A stretch of 64,000 nucleotides of DNA from Flavobacteriaceae bacterium. GTDB lineage: Bacteria; Bacteroidota; Bacteroidia; Flavobacteriales; Flavobacteriaceae. The stretch covers positions 12,688 through 76,687 of the forward strand of contig JABGUL010000015.1 in the NCBI GenBank assembly GCA_018646605.1, read 5' to 3'. A program made the translations under genes and the position numbers. Below the pieces are notes generated by a model. It did not search any database, was not told the DNA's origin, and saw only the letters and a program-made list of their open reading frames with translations. Positions 10,255 through 20,218 of this stretch are shown one piece after another. The first letter of the stretch is position 1; every line of letters begins with the position of its first letter.

Positions 10255-11949
10255 TTAAAGATTTTGTTTTTTTAATTCCGATACAGCATAGTTTGCTGCA
10301 CGAGCAGTCAATGCCATATAGGTGAGCGATGGATTCTGATTAGCAGATGAGGTCATGCAGGCACCATCAGTAACAAAAACATTGGCTACACCATGAATTT
10401 GATTGTGTTTGTTCAGTACAGATGTTTTAGGACTTTTACCCATCCTAGCCGTTCCCATCTCATGGATACCTTTACCAATTGGAGCATTCGAATCAAAAAT
10501 AGTAACTTCTTTAAAACCAGCATCCTCAAGCATTTCGGCTGCTTGAACCTTCCAGTCTTCTTTCATGATCCGCTCATTTTCTTTGAATTCCGCATCAAAT
10601 ACAATAGTGGGAAGTCCATACTGATCCAGCTTATCATAATTTAAAAACATTTTATTTTCATGGTAGGGAAGGACTTCCCCAAAACCACCCATTCCAAGTG
10701 ACCAACCACCTGCTTCTAAAATACTATTTTTAAAATCTTTACCGTACGCTAGTTCGCTTACTGCCTGTGTCCAATTACCTCTTCCTGCTCCCCCTTGATA
10801 GCCATACCCTCTCAGGAAATCTACTTTTTTGGAATCCTTACCAAGGTTTCGGAATCGTGGGATATAGAATCCGTTAGGCCGTCTTCCTGAATAATATTGA
10901 TCCTTAAATCCATCATGGTTTCCAGAGGCACCACTTCCTAATTGGTGATCCATAATATTGTGTCCCAACTCACCACTATCATTTCCCATACCATTTGGGA
11001 AACGATCTGATTTAGATTGCATTAAAATTGCTGTGGATGCCATAGATGAGGCACATAAAAAAATAATTCTTGAATTGAATTCAATAGATTCATTGGTGCG
11101 TGCGTCTACCACGCGAACTCCAGTAGCTTTTTGAGTTTTATCATCATAAAGCACTTCAGCGACAATGGAATTTGGTCGTAAAGTCATGTTTCCCGTTGCT
11201 TCTGCTGCTGGAAGGGTTGAAGAATTAGAGCTAAAATACGCGCCAAAAGGACATCCCCTATCGCATCTATTTCTGAATTGACAAGCGGTTCTTCCTGCCC
11301 CTTCTTTGGTGCCTTTTGTTATGTGCGCTACTCGACCAATAGTTAATAATCGATCATCATAGGATTTTGAGATACTTTCTTTTAAGTGTGTTTCTAAGCA
11401 ATTTAATTCCATGGCTGGAAGAAAATTGCTGTCAGGAAGTTGGGATAAGTTTAAAGCTTCACCACTAATGCCAATGTATTTTTCTACGTGGTCATACCAT
11501 GGAGCAATATCTTTATAGCGAATGGGCCAATCTACTCCATGACCATCTTTTGCATTGGCTTCAAAATCAAGATCACTCCAGCGATAAGTTTGTCTTCCCC
11601 AAATAAGAGAACGCCCACCAACTTGTTTCCCCCGGATCCAATCAAAGGGTTTCACCTCATCATAATTATGTTCAGAATCTTTATTGTAAAAATGACGTTT
11701 GGTTTCATCAAACCCCCAGCGCTTTTGTTTATCATAGTCTTTAAGAATCTTGTCTGGTGTGGCACCTCCATGTGGCATATCCCATGGATCTTGATGCATG
11801 GTAGGATAATCTTCTAGATGCTTAACCATCCGACCCCGTTCTAACACTAAGGTTTTTAATCCATTTTCACATAATTCTTTAGCAGCCCAGCCACCACTAA
11901 CTCCGGTACCTACTACAATGGCATCATATTGTTGTAAATCAGAACTCAT
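10255..11949 (-). CDS. GMC-family FAD-dependent oxidoreductase
   Basis: 564 aa. N-terminal dinucleotide-binding fold (YDAIVVGTGVSGG) and a C-terminal GMC region (HEMGTARMG...NVFVTDGA). Confidence 0.85.
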   Translation of the reverse strand: MSSDLQQYDAIVVGTGVSGGWAAKELCENGLKTLVLERGRMVKHLEDYPTMHQDPWDMPHGGATPDKILKDYDKQKRWGFDETKRHFYNKDSEHNYDEVKPFDWIRGKQVGGRSLIWGRQTYRWSDLDFEANAKDGHGVDWPIRYKDIAPWYDHVEKYIGISGEALNLSQLPDSNFLPAMELNCLETHLKESISKSYDDRLLTIGRVAHITKGTKEGAGRTACQFRNRCDRGCPFGAYFSSNSSTLPAAEATGNMTLRPNSIVAEVLYDDKTQKATGVRVVDARTNESIEFNSRIIFLCASSMASTAILMQSKSDRFPNGMGNDSGELGHNIMDHQLGSGASGNHDGFKDQYYSGRRPNGFYIPRFRNLGKDSKKVDFLRGYGYQGGAGRGNWTQAVSELAYGKDFKNSILEAGGWSLGMGGFGEVLPYHENKMFLNYDKLDQYGLPTIVFDAEFKENERIMKEDWKVQAAEMLEDAGFKEVTIFDSNAPIGKGIHEMGTARMGKSPKTSVLNKHNQIHGVANVFVTDGACMTSSANQNPSLTYMALTARAANYAVSELKKQNL

Positions 11950-11996
11950 AAGGTTTGTTTTCCAGTGATTAAAAGTTTTATAATATACTCATTTTT

Positions 11997-12713
11997 TTAA
12001 CTACTAAAAGTGATTTCTTTATCCGTAAGAAGGTTTTCGTTTCTTAGTTTAAGAATTATTTGAGCTACCGTTACCACATCTTTTTCACAATAGACGGCAA
12101 TTCGATTTATGTCTTTTTCTTTATAAAATACATCAGCCACCTGACTCCCGTCAATATCATCTTTTGGGGAAGGGATGTTTAACACATAGGCCATCAATTT
12201 TAAAGAGGTGTAATGTTTATAATCTCCTAATCGCCAAAGGTGAAGCGTATCTAGATGAGGTACTTCCCATGGTTTTTTATTAAAAAGCTGGAGAGACTTG
12301 GGGATTGAGATTTGGTGAATCAACATTCTTCTGGCAATAAAAGGGAAATCAAATTCCTTTGCATTATGTCCACAAAAAAGATGTTTAGGGGAATTGAAAT
12401 ACTGTTCCACCAGCACTTTAAATTCATTTAATAGAGTTGCCTCTTCTCCTTTGAATGTTTTTAACCTGAAATCTCTCGATTTTTTTTGAGGACCAAAATA
12501 GCCTACAGAAATACAAACTATTTTTCCAAATTCTGCCCATATTCCAGCACGATTGTAAAATTCTTGAGGGCTGAAATTCTCTTTTCTTTGATAGGCTGTT
12601 TTTTCTTCAAAATAGCGTTGTTCAACCTCAGGAGCATCCTCAAAATTTGGATACAGAGGAACAGTCTCTATATCAAGGAATAAGATTTTATGTAGGTCAA
12701 GGTCTGTTAACAT
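11997..12713 (-). CDS. DEDD-type 3'-5' exonuclease (PolB-exonuclease-like, RNase H fold)
   Basis: Exo I LFLDIETVP, Exo II GHNAKEFDFPFI and Exo III YCEKDV. Confidence 0.8.
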   Translation of the reverse strand: MLTDLDLHKILFLDIETVPLYPNFEDAPEVEQRYFEEKTAYQRKENFSPQEFYNRAGIWAEFGKIVCISVGYFGPQKKSRDFRLKTFKGEEATLLNEFKVLVEQYFNSPKHLFCGHNAKEFDFPFIARRMLIHQISIPKSLQLFNKKPWEVPHLDTLHLWRLGDYKHYTSLKLMAYVLNIPSPKDDIDGSQVADVFYKEKDINRIAVYCEKDVVTVAQIILKLRNENLLTDKEITFSS

Positions 12714-13857
12714 TTTTGTTGATTTCTAAGGCTGCATCCATATAGGTATAAATGTCGGGTGTAAAGGGATCTCCATCTTTTCCATTGGGACCTTTGGAGT
12801 GTCCTAAACGAACCAATATTAAGTTTTCTTCCGGAAAAGTAATCACATACTGCCCCAAGTGTCCTCGCATCATATAAACATGATGACCTTTGTATTCTTT
12901 AAGCCACCAGCTGTAACCGTATTCAGGACTTTCCGGAAATCTAGGGCGTAAAGATTTTGCAATAAAAGTAGAATCCAATAGCACTTTTCCATTCCATTTC
13001 CCGTGATCTTTATACAATTTTGCAAGTCGCGCAAAGTCTCTAGCGTTTGATGCAATACAGCAATACGCTTTCTCAGATCCATTTTTGTTACTATCTATTT
13101 GCCAAAGGCTTTCATGTTCTGCACCTATTGGATTCCAGATAGTCTCATAAAGGTATTCAGTTAAATTTTTTCCTGTAGCCTTTGCAATTACCATCCCCAA
13201 TAAATGAGTAGTTCCACTCTTGTAGATAAATGACTTTCCTGGAGCTTCCTCAATAGGTTGATCTAGAATAGCGGCATCGAGGTCTTTTAAAAAATAGGCA
13301 GCAGCAGTTATAGAAAATGGAGAATAATATTTCTCTTCCCAACGTTGTCCCGAGGCCATGCTTGCAAGATCACCAACGGTTACTTGATCAGCATAAAAAC
13401 CTTTTAGCTCAGGTATAAAATCTTTTACCGGCTGATCTAAATCTTGAATGTAACCATCCATAATGGCTCTACCCAAAAGTGCTGAAACAAAACTTTTGGC
13501 AACAGAAAAAGAATTACTTTTTGAGTCTACACCATATCCATCATAGTATTTTTCAAAATATAGACTGTCATTTTTAATTGCTAAAAAGGCAACAGTACCT
13601 GTTTTTTTATGGTGCTGTTCTAAATCATCTGAAAGTGAAATTGTATTGTATTCGCTGTGAATCGGCCAAGCTTGAGGATTTTCAGAAGCTGCTAAAGTTC
13701 TGTTATCAAAATAATTGTAATCACTAAGAAAAGCAGTTTTATGGCCCGTTAAGTAGATTTTAAAAACACCATCCAATAGATAGCTGTAGTCAGAAATATA
13801 TAGACCGCCGGTTAGAACAATGAGAATAAACCCAAAAATTTTAAAAACTTTTTTCAT
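12697..13857 (-). CDS. Beta-lactamase-family serine hydrolase
   Basis: 386 aa. N-terminal TM/signal segment and an S-x-x-K motif (SVAKSF). The general class C/PBP-like layout was judged by eye. Confidence 0.75.
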   Translation of the reverse strand: MKKVFKIFGFILIVLTGGLYISDYSYLLDGVFKIYLTGHKTAFLSDYNYFDNRTLAASENPQAWPIHSEYNTISLSDDLEQHHKKTGTVAFLAIKNDSLYFEKYYDGYGVDSKSNSFSVAKSFVSALLGRAIMDGYIQDLDQPVKDFIPELKGFYADQVTVGDLASMASGQRWEEKYYSPFSITAAAYFLKDLDAAILDQPIEEAPGKSFIYKSGTTHLLGMVIAKATGKNLTEYLYETIWNPIGAEHESLWQIDSNKNGSEKAYCCIASNARDFARLAKLYKDHGKWNGKVLLDSTFIAKSLRPRFPESPEYGYSWWLKEYKGHHVYMMRGHLGQYVITFPEENLILVRLGHSKGPNGKDGDPFTPDIYTYMDAALEINKNVNRP

Positions 13858-13897
13858 TTAAATTTAATATTATTGATGAGTTTTAATGACTTGATAT

Positions 13898-14374
13898 TTA
13901 CAAATTTAAACTTTTTTGAATAGGAAAACCTTCATGCTCCAAAAGCCACTTTTTATTAGTAATTCCACCTGCATAACCCACCATGGAACCGTTACTTCCA
14001 ATTACTCGATGACAGGGAATAAAAATCATAACTGGATTTTTTCCGATGGCACTACCGATAGCTCGAATTGCTTTTTTATTACCATATTTTTCAGCTATTT
14101 CAGCATAGGAAAGTGTTTTTCCAGGCTTAATTTGTGAAACTAATCCCCAGATTTTATTTTGAAAAGGAGTTCCTTGGGGAGCTATTGAAAAATTGAATTT
14201 GATAGGTTTGTGTTTAAAATAGTTTTCCAACTGTACTTCAATTTCGAGATTGATTTTCTTTAATGGCGACTGTTTATTTTTTGGTGAATCGATAAAGTGC
14301 AAGCCCGTCAATACGTCATTTGTTGTTTTAATTTCCATCCAACCAATCGGGCTATTAAAGTAGCTTGTATCCAT
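13898..14374 (-). CDS. ogt: Methylated-DNA--protein-cysteine methyltransferase
   Basis: 158 aa. Active-site PCHRV motif (IPCHRVIGSNG) and a helix-turn-helix region (LSYAEIAEKYG). Confidence 0.92.
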   Translation of the reverse strand: MDTSYFNSPIGWMEIKTTNDVLTGLHFIDSPKNKQSPLKKINLEIEVQLENYFKHKPIKFNFSIAPQGTPFQNKIWGLVSQIKPGKTLSYAEIAEKYGNKKAIRAIGSAIGKNPVMIFIPCHRVIGSNGSMVGYAGGITNKKWLLEHEGFPIQKSLNL

Positions 14375-14478
14375 AATTAGGGCATTTTTTGTTTCCTTCG
14401 ATTTGTTTTTTCAAGTTAGTTAAAAATAATTTTTTAAAAACTTATATTAGCCTTTATAATAAATCAATACCTATTGAA

Positions 14479-15399
14479 ATGAAAAACTTTAATTGGGAAG
14501 GTGTAATGCCTGCAATTACGACTCAATTTGATGCGGAGGGGAATCTTTCCCTAGAAGCTTTTAAAAATAATTTGGCACATCAAATTAAAGCTGGAGTACA
14601 TGGCATTATTTTGGGAGGAACCCTTGGTGAGGCTAGTACGCTGACCCATGAAGAAAAGAAGATTTTACTTGATGCAACCTTAGCTGAGGTAGATGGAAAA
14701 ATCCCCGTTATCATGAATATTGCGGAGCAGTCAACTTCCGAGGCCGTAGAAGTTGCTAAAAGTGCTGAAGCAAATGGTGCTAATGGACTTATGTTGTTGC
14801 CCCCCATGCGATACAAAGCAACTGATGATGAGACAGTGGCATTTTTTTCTGCAATAGCCGAGTCAACAGAACTTCCAATTATGATTTACAACAATCCTGT
14901 AGATTATAAGATAGAAGTTACTTTAGCTATGTTTGAATCGATATCAAAACATAAAAATATTACGGCTGTAAAAGAATCAACACGAGACATTACCAATGTA
15001 ACCCGAATGATTAATCGTTTTGGAGATCGTTTTAAAATACTATGTGGGGTAGACACGATTGCAATGGAATGTTTATTAATGGGAGGAAATGGTTGGGTTG
15101 CTGGCTTAGTTGATGCCTTTCCTGAGGAAACAGTTGCTATTTACACCTACTGTAAAGCAGGAGAGTGGGAAAAAGCAAGAGCCGTTTTCCGATGGTTTTT
15201 ACCTCTTTTGGAGTTAGATATTTCTCCTCAGTTGGTCCAGAATATTAAATTGTGTGAAGTTGCTACAGGACTTGGGACAGGATATGTTAGAAAACCTAGA
15301 CTTCCTCTCTCGGGAGAGGCGTTACTAAAAGTAGAAAAAATTATTGCAGAGGGAATGGCGAATCGACCTCAAAATTTAGATTATAAAAAATATCTATGA
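14479..15399 (+). CDS. DHDPS/NAL-family lyase, probably delta1-pyrroline-4-hydroxy-2-carboxylate deaminase of hydroxyproline catabolism
   Basis: DapA-like fold with GIILGGTLGE and a Schiff-base Lys context (AVKEST). The specific function is inferred from operon context. Start taken at the ATG at 14479 (MKNFNWEG); the ORF track begins at 14389. Confidence 0.7.
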   Translation: MKNFNWEGVMPAITTQFDAEGNLSLEAFKNNLAHQIKAGVHGIILGGTLGEASTLTHEEKKILLDATLAEVDGKIPVIMNIAEQSTSEAVEVAKSAEANGANGLMLLPPMRYKATDDETVAFFSAIAESTELPIMIYNNPVDYKIEVTLAMFESISKHKNITAVKESTRDITNVTRMINRFGDRFKILCGVDTIAMECLLMGGNGWVAGLVDAFPEETVAIYTYCKAGEWEKARAVFRWFLPLLELDISPQLVQNIKLCEVATGLGTGYVRKPRLPLSGEALLKVEKIIAEGMANRPQNLDYKKYL

Positions 15400-16937
15400 T
15401 TACAGGACAAAATTTAGTGGGTGGTTTGTGGGAATCGATTACAACGGAAGCTTGTTTCCAAACAATGAATCCAAAAACAAAGGAATATTTAACCCCACTG
15501 TTTCAGGAAGCTTCAACAGAACAAATAGAGCAAGCCACTTTAAGAGCCTCAGGGGTTTCTGAGATTTATGCAGCAACAAGTTTTGAAAAGCGCGCTCATT
15601 TTTTAAAAATTATTCAAGAAGAGATAAAACAAAATAGTGTTGAAATTTTAGCAGCATACCAAGAAGAATCCGCGTTGCCTGAGGGAAGAGCAAAAGGAGA
15701 ACTACAGCGAACCTTGGATCAAATAGAACGTTTTATTGAGGTATTAGAGGATGGATCTTTTTCACAGGCTACCCTTCATACAAATGGACCTGATCTAAGA
15801 AAAATATTAGTTCCGATAGGTCCTGTGGTTGTTTTTGGAGCAAGTAATTTTCCATTAGCATTTTCAACTGCTGGCGGAGATACTATTTCTGCCTTAGCTG
15901 CCGGATGCCCAGTAATTGTTAAAGGACATCCCTATCATGCTGGAACAAGTGAATTGATGGCTCAAGCGATCCATTCAGCATTAAAAAAAACGGGTTTACC
16001 ACTTGAATTATTTTCACATTTAGGCGGAGAATCACACCAGATTGGAAGCCAATTGGTGCGACACCCTTTGATAAAAGGAGTTGGCTTTACAGGAAGCTTT
16101 ACAGGGGGAAAAGCCTTGTATGATTTGGCTCAAAAACGAAGTGAGCCCATACCTGTGTTTGCAGAAATGGGAAGTATAAACCCTATTTTTATTTTAGAGA
16201 ATAAACTAAAAACGGATGAAAATTTAGCAGCTGATCTTTCAGTTTCAATTACTTTGGGTACAGGCCAATTTTGTACAAATCCAGGGATAATTGTAATCTG
16301 TGATTCCTCAAATGAAAGTAGTTTAGTAGAAGAGATTAAGAATAAAATGGCTACCATGGAATTACCGCCAATGGTTCATTCAAATATTGAAGCAAGATAT
16401 AAGAAACAAATAACTCACTTGAGTTCATCAAACAGTGGAGTTCAAGTCCATCTATTTAATGAAAATGATTCCGCATTGGGGGTTGTCTCAGGAGCTGATT
16501 TCATTGAATCACCATTACTTTCAGAAGAAGTTTTTGGACCTTTTAGTTTGGTGGTTCAATGTCATTCTATAGATGAAATGGTAAACGTTGCACAAGTGCT
16601 TAAAGGACAATTAACGGCTACAATTTTAAGTACTACAGAAGACCAGCACAACCTTAAGATTTTATTGACAAAGGTACAGGCTAAAGTTGGGCGAATACTG
16701 TTTGAAGGAGTTCCAACAGGAGTTGCAGTTAATCAAGCCATGCAACACGGCGGACCCTTTCCTGCCACTACTGATAGTCGTTTCACCTCAGTTGGATCAG
16801 ATGCAATATATCGGTGGTTACGTCCTATTGCTTTTCAAGATTGCCCTGATTTCCTTTTGCCAGTTACTTTACAAAACAAAAACCCTTTAGGAATTCTAAG
16901 GAATGTCAATGGAATATTAACTACGAATGCATTATGA
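15396..16937 (+). CDS. Aldehyde dehydrogenase, probably alpha-ketoglutarate semialdehyde (2,5-dioxovalerate) dehydrogenase
   Basis: 513 aa ALDH fold with EMGSINP and GQFCTNPG (catalytic Cys). ATGA overlap with the upstream gene. Substrate is inferred from context. Confidence 0.72.
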   Translation: MITGQNLVGGLWESITTEACFQTMNPKTKEYLTPLFQEASTEQIEQATLRASGVSEIYAATSFEKRAHFLKIIQEEIKQNSVEILAAYQEESALPEGRAKGELQRTLDQIERFIEVLEDGSFSQATLHTNGPDLRKILVPIGPVVVFGASNFPLAFSTAGGDTISALAAGCPVIVKGHPYHAGTSELMAQAIHSALKKTGLPLELFSHLGGESHQIGSQLVRHPLIKGVGFTGSFTGGKALYDLAQKRSEPIPVFAEMGSINPIFILENKLKTDENLAADLSVSITLGTGQFCTNPGIIVICDSSNESSLVEEIKNKMATMELPPMVHSNIEARYKKQITHLSSSNSGVQVHLFNENDSALGVVSGADFIESPLLSEEVFGPFSLVVQCHSIDEMVNVAQVLKGQLTATILSTTEDQHNLKILLTKVQAKVGRILFEGVPTGVAVNQAMQHGGPFPATTDSRFTSVGSDAIYRWLRPIAFQDCPDFLLPVTLQNKNPLGILRNVNGILTTNAL

Positions 16938-17944
16938 ATCAAAAAGAACGCTTAGTTTTTGATTGTGTTGATGCCTTTACTGCAGGTAACCCAGTACGAT
17001 TGGTCAAAGGACCGAGCCCTTGTTTGGAAGGTAAAAATATGGGTGAAAAAAGGGTGCATTTTCTAAAAGATTTTGATTGGATTCGAACGGGCTTAATGTT
17101 TGAACCCCGTGGACATGACATGATGAGTGGAAGTTTTTATTATGATCCCAACGATTCACAAAATGATGTTGGAATTCTATTTATCGAAACCAGTGGATGT
17201 CTTCCCATGTGTGGTCATGGCCTTATAGGTGCATTAACAATCCTTCTAGAAGAGGGTCTGGTGCATCCAAAAGTTGCAGGTATTTTGCGAGTGGAAACCC
17301 CAGCAGGGTTGGTTATTGCAAACTATCACAAAGAAGGAACTAAAGTAACATCTGTTCGGTTTACAAATGTACCAGGCTTTTTAGCAGCTTCAGACTTAGT
17401 TATCGAATGCCCAGAATTAGGTAACTTATCAATTGATGTTTCCTATGGTGGTAACTTTTATGCAATAATTGATATTCAAGAAAACTTTAAAGGAATAGCA
17501 GATTATACAGCAGGTCAATTAATTGGCTGGAGTCGTACTATTCGAAAAACGATAAATGAGTCTTATTCTTTTAATCATCCTTTAGATGAAAAAATACAAG
17601 GGTGTAGTCATGTTTTATGGGGTGGTTTACCGACTCAAAAGGGTACGACAGCAAGTAATGCAGTTTTTTATGGTGACAAGGCTATTGATCGTTCTCCTTG
17701 TGGAACAGGAACTTCTGCTCGTATGGCACAATGGTTTGCAAAAGGGAAGTTAAAAGTTGGAGATACTTTCATTCATGAAAGCATTATAGGATCTGTTTTT
17801 AAAGGAAGAGTTGAGGCAGCAGTTCAGGTAGGAGATTTCTCTGGGATGATCCCAAGTATTGAAGGAGATGCAAGGATTATTGGTTATAATCAATTAATTC
17901 TTGACCCTGAAGATCCTTATGTAGAAGGATTTCAAGTAATTTAA
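16934..17944 (+). CDS. 4-hydroxyproline 2-epimerase (proline racemase family, Cys/Cys type)
   Basis: 336 aa. Both catalytic cysteines are present (LPMCGHG and DRSPCGTGTSA). ATGA overlap with the upstream gene. Confidence 0.8.
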   Translation: MNQKERLVFDCVDAFTAGNPVRLVKGPSPCLEGKNMGEKRVHFLKDFDWIRTGLMFEPRGHDMMSGSFYYDPNDSQNDVGILFIETSGCLPMCGHGLIGALTILLEEGLVHPKVAGILRVETPAGLVIANYHKEGTKVTSVRFTNVPGFLAASDLVIECPELGNLSIDVSYGGNFYAIIDIQENFKGIADYTAGQLIGWSRTIRKTINESYSFNHPLDEKIQGCSHVLWGGLPTQKGTTASNAVFYGDKAIDRSPCGTGTSARMAQWFAKGKLKVGDTFIHESIIGSVFKGRVEAAVQVGDFSGMIPSIEGDARIIGYNQLILDPEDPYVEGFQVI

Positions 17945-17945
17945 T

Positions 17946-19211
17946 ATGCCACAAAAAAAAGTTATCGTTATTGGAGGGGGTATTGTGGGACTTTCAACAG
18001 CCTATTATCTCAAAGAAGAAGGCCATGATGTTGTTGTTCTTGATAAAGGGAATCTTATTGGGGGTGCTTCTAACGTAAATGCAGGCTATTTAACTCCGAG
18101 TCATATTGTTCCAATGGCTACGCCAGGAATGATTTCTAAAGGAATTAAGTGGATGTTTAATGCTTCAAGTCCGTTTTATGTAAAACCTAGATTGAATAAG
18201 GATTTAATAGAATGGGGATTAAAATTCATGAAATCTTGTACCCCAGAACATGTTCAACAATCATTAAAAACTATTTTAGACATTAATCTGTTAAGTAAAC
18301 AGCTCTATTTGGAAATGCAACAATCAGGTGGGTTTGATTTTCATCTGGAGACAAAAGGTCTTTTAATGGCTTATCAATCTTCCCATGCGGAAAAAGAAGA
18401 AGCTGAAGTAGTAAATTGGGCTAGAAATCTGGGCTTGACAATTAAGCAGCTTGATAATAAACAGGTGATGGCCCTTCAGCCGGGGGCTCCAATGGATATT
18501 GCAGGGGCTTATTGGTATGAGAGTGATGCACACAGTACTCCAGAAATTTTTATGGAAAATTTAAAAACTACCCTAGAAAAAAAAGGAGTGAGTTTTAAAT
18601 TAGACACAGAAGTTCAAGGGTTTCAAAAACAAGGGGATAAAATTACTTCGGTTATCACAAATGATAAATTGCTCAAAGCAGATGAGGTAGTAATTGCTTC
18701 TGGGGCTTGGTCTGAAACACTTTTAAAAAATTTGGGGATCAAACTTTCTGTACAAGCAGGAAAAGGATACCGTTTAAATGTTAATGCTGACACGGGTATT
18801 TCCCTTCCTGCAATTTTATTAGAAGCAAAAGTTGCAGTCACTCCCATGCAAGGATTTACACGTTTTGCAGGGACAATGGAAATTTCAGGAATCAACCATA
18901 AAATCATGCCCAAACGCGTGGCGGCAATTGCAAAAGCAGCGACAGAATATTACCCTAAAGTTGAGGTTCCAAAGAAGTCTTTAAATGATGTTCAATGTGG
19001 ATTAAGACCCCTTTCACCAGATGGTTTGCCTTTTATAGGAAGACATTCAGCAGTTTCTAATTTGGTGTTGGCTACGGGACATTCTATGATGGGATGGAGT
19101 TTGGGCCCTGCAACGGGTAAATTGGTTTCAGAATTAATTTCTGGACAAACTACGACACTTTCTATAAAACCCTTTGCACCTCAAAGAGGCTATGGGGTAA
19201 CAAAGCATTAA
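17946..19211 (+). CDS. FAD-dependent oxidoreductase (DAO family), probably D-hydroxyproline dehydrogenase
   Basis: 421 aa. N-terminal VIVIGGGIVGLSTAYYL Rossmann motif. Starts 1 nt after the epimerase stop. Confidence 0.72.
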   Translation: MPQKKVIVIGGGIVGLSTAYYLKEEGHDVVVLDKGNLIGGASNVNAGYLTPSHIVPMATPGMISKGIKWMFNASSPFYVKPRLNKDLIEWGLKFMKSCTPEHVQQSLKTILDINLLSKQLYLEMQQSGGFDFHLETKGLLMAYQSSHAEKEEAEVVNWARNLGLTIKQLDNKQVMALQPGAPMDIAGAYWYESDAHSTPEIFMENLKTTLEKKGVSFKLDTEVQGFQKQGDKITSVITNDKLLKADEVVIASGAWSETLLKNLGIKLSVQAGKGYRLNVNADTGISLPAILLEAKVAVTPMQGFTRFAGTMEISGINHKIMPKRVAAIAKAATEYYPKVEVPKKSLNDVQCGLRPLSPDGLPFIGRHSAVSNLVLATGHSMMGWSLGPATGKLVSELISGQTTTLSIKPFAPQRGYGVTKH

Positions 19212-19235
19212 TTAATTTTTTAAAATAATTAAGTG

Positions 19236-20207
19236 TCATAGTAATTTGACAGCTTCTTCTGCAAAATATGAAGCAATAAGTGAAGCACCTGCTCTTTTAA
19301 AACTAAGTAATTGTTCCATCATCACCGCATCGTGATCAAGCCATCCTTTTTCAGCAGCAGCTTTCAGCATTGCATATTCTCCACTTACTTGATATGCTGC
19401 TATGGGAGCACTCACGGATTCTCTTAAGTCACGAATAATATCTAGATAGGCCAAACCTGGTTTTACCATTACAATGTCAGCTCCTTCTTCAATATCTCGT
19501 TGTGTCTCGATGACTGCTTCTTTACGGTTGGCAAAGTCCATCTGATAGGTTTTTTTATCACCAAAACCTGGAGCAGAATCTAAAGCATCTCGAAAGGGAC
19601 CATAAAAAGAGGAAGCGTATTTTGCACTATAACTCATGATGGCAGTATCCTGAAATTGTTCTTGTTCTAAACGTCTTCGAATGGCTAAAATGCGTCCATC
19701 CATCATATCACTTGGTGCAACAATATCTGCTCCAACTAGGGCATGAGAATGTGCCATGGAGGCAAGAACTTCAAGAGTAGGGTCATTTACAATTTTGCCC
19801 TTTTCCACGATACCGTCATGCCCAAAAGAGGAATAAGGATCAAGGGCCACATCGGTCATAACGATCATTTCAGGGGTGGCATTTTTCACGGCTTTTATGG
19901 AGCGTTGCATCAGGCCGTCTGGATTTAAGGCTTCAGTGCCTTTATTGTCTTTTAAATTGTCGGGTACTTTCACAAAGAGCAAAATAGATTTTAACCCTAG
20001 CTTCCACAAAGATTTTGCCTTTTCAGCAATTAAGTCTGTGGATAATCGATAATACCCTGGCATAGAAGCGATTGCTTCTTTTTTTTGTGTTCCTTCTATC
20101 ACAAATAAAGGGACAATAAAATCGCTTGGGTTTAGATGATATTCTTGAACAAGTGCTCTAAGAGTTGCAGAGCTTCGGAGTCTTCTGTTGCGCTGAATAG
20201 GATACAT
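19236..20207 (-). CDS. hemB: Porphobilinogen synthase (delta-aminolevulinate dehydratase)
   Basis: 323 aa. RNRRLR N-terminus and DIVMVKPG (active-site Lys). Collinear with HemB throughout. Confidence 0.93.
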   Translation of the reverse strand: MYPIQRNRRLRSSATLRALVQEYHLNPSDFIVPLFVIEGTQKKEAIASMPGYYRLSTDLIAEKAKSLWKLGLKSILLFVKVPDNLKDNKGTEALNPDGLMQRSIKAVKNATPEMIVMTDVALDPYSSFGHDGIVEKGKIVNDPTLEVLASMAHSHALVGADIVAPSDMMDGRILAIRRRLEQEQFQDTAIMSYSAKYASSFYGPFRDALDSAPGFGDKKTYQMDFANRKEAVIETQRDIEEGADIVMVKPGLAYLDIIRDLRESVSAPIAAYQVSGEYAMLKAAAEKGWLDHDAVMMEQLLSFKRAGASLIASYFAEEAVKLL

Positions 20208-20218
20208 GATTTTTGGTT

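Noticed and set aside
8557-11949. Orphan double-ATPase ABC protein next to a GMC oxidoreductase as a possible novel transport/oxidation module.
   Set aside because: No permease, binding protein or cytochrome/small-subunit partner is adjacent, and the 9-nt spacing alone is weak evidence. Both are common stand-alone genes in this phylum, so no functional link can be argued from the sequence.
14389-14478. 30-codon N-terminal extension of the DHDPS-like gene (ORF track start at 14389). The same kind of upstream extension occurs at 3565, 5737, 6523, 36303, 44992 and 55664.
   Set aside because: The extensions lack similarity to the family N-termini and run through AT-rich promoter-like DNA. Internal ATGs restore canonical N-termini or signal peptides.
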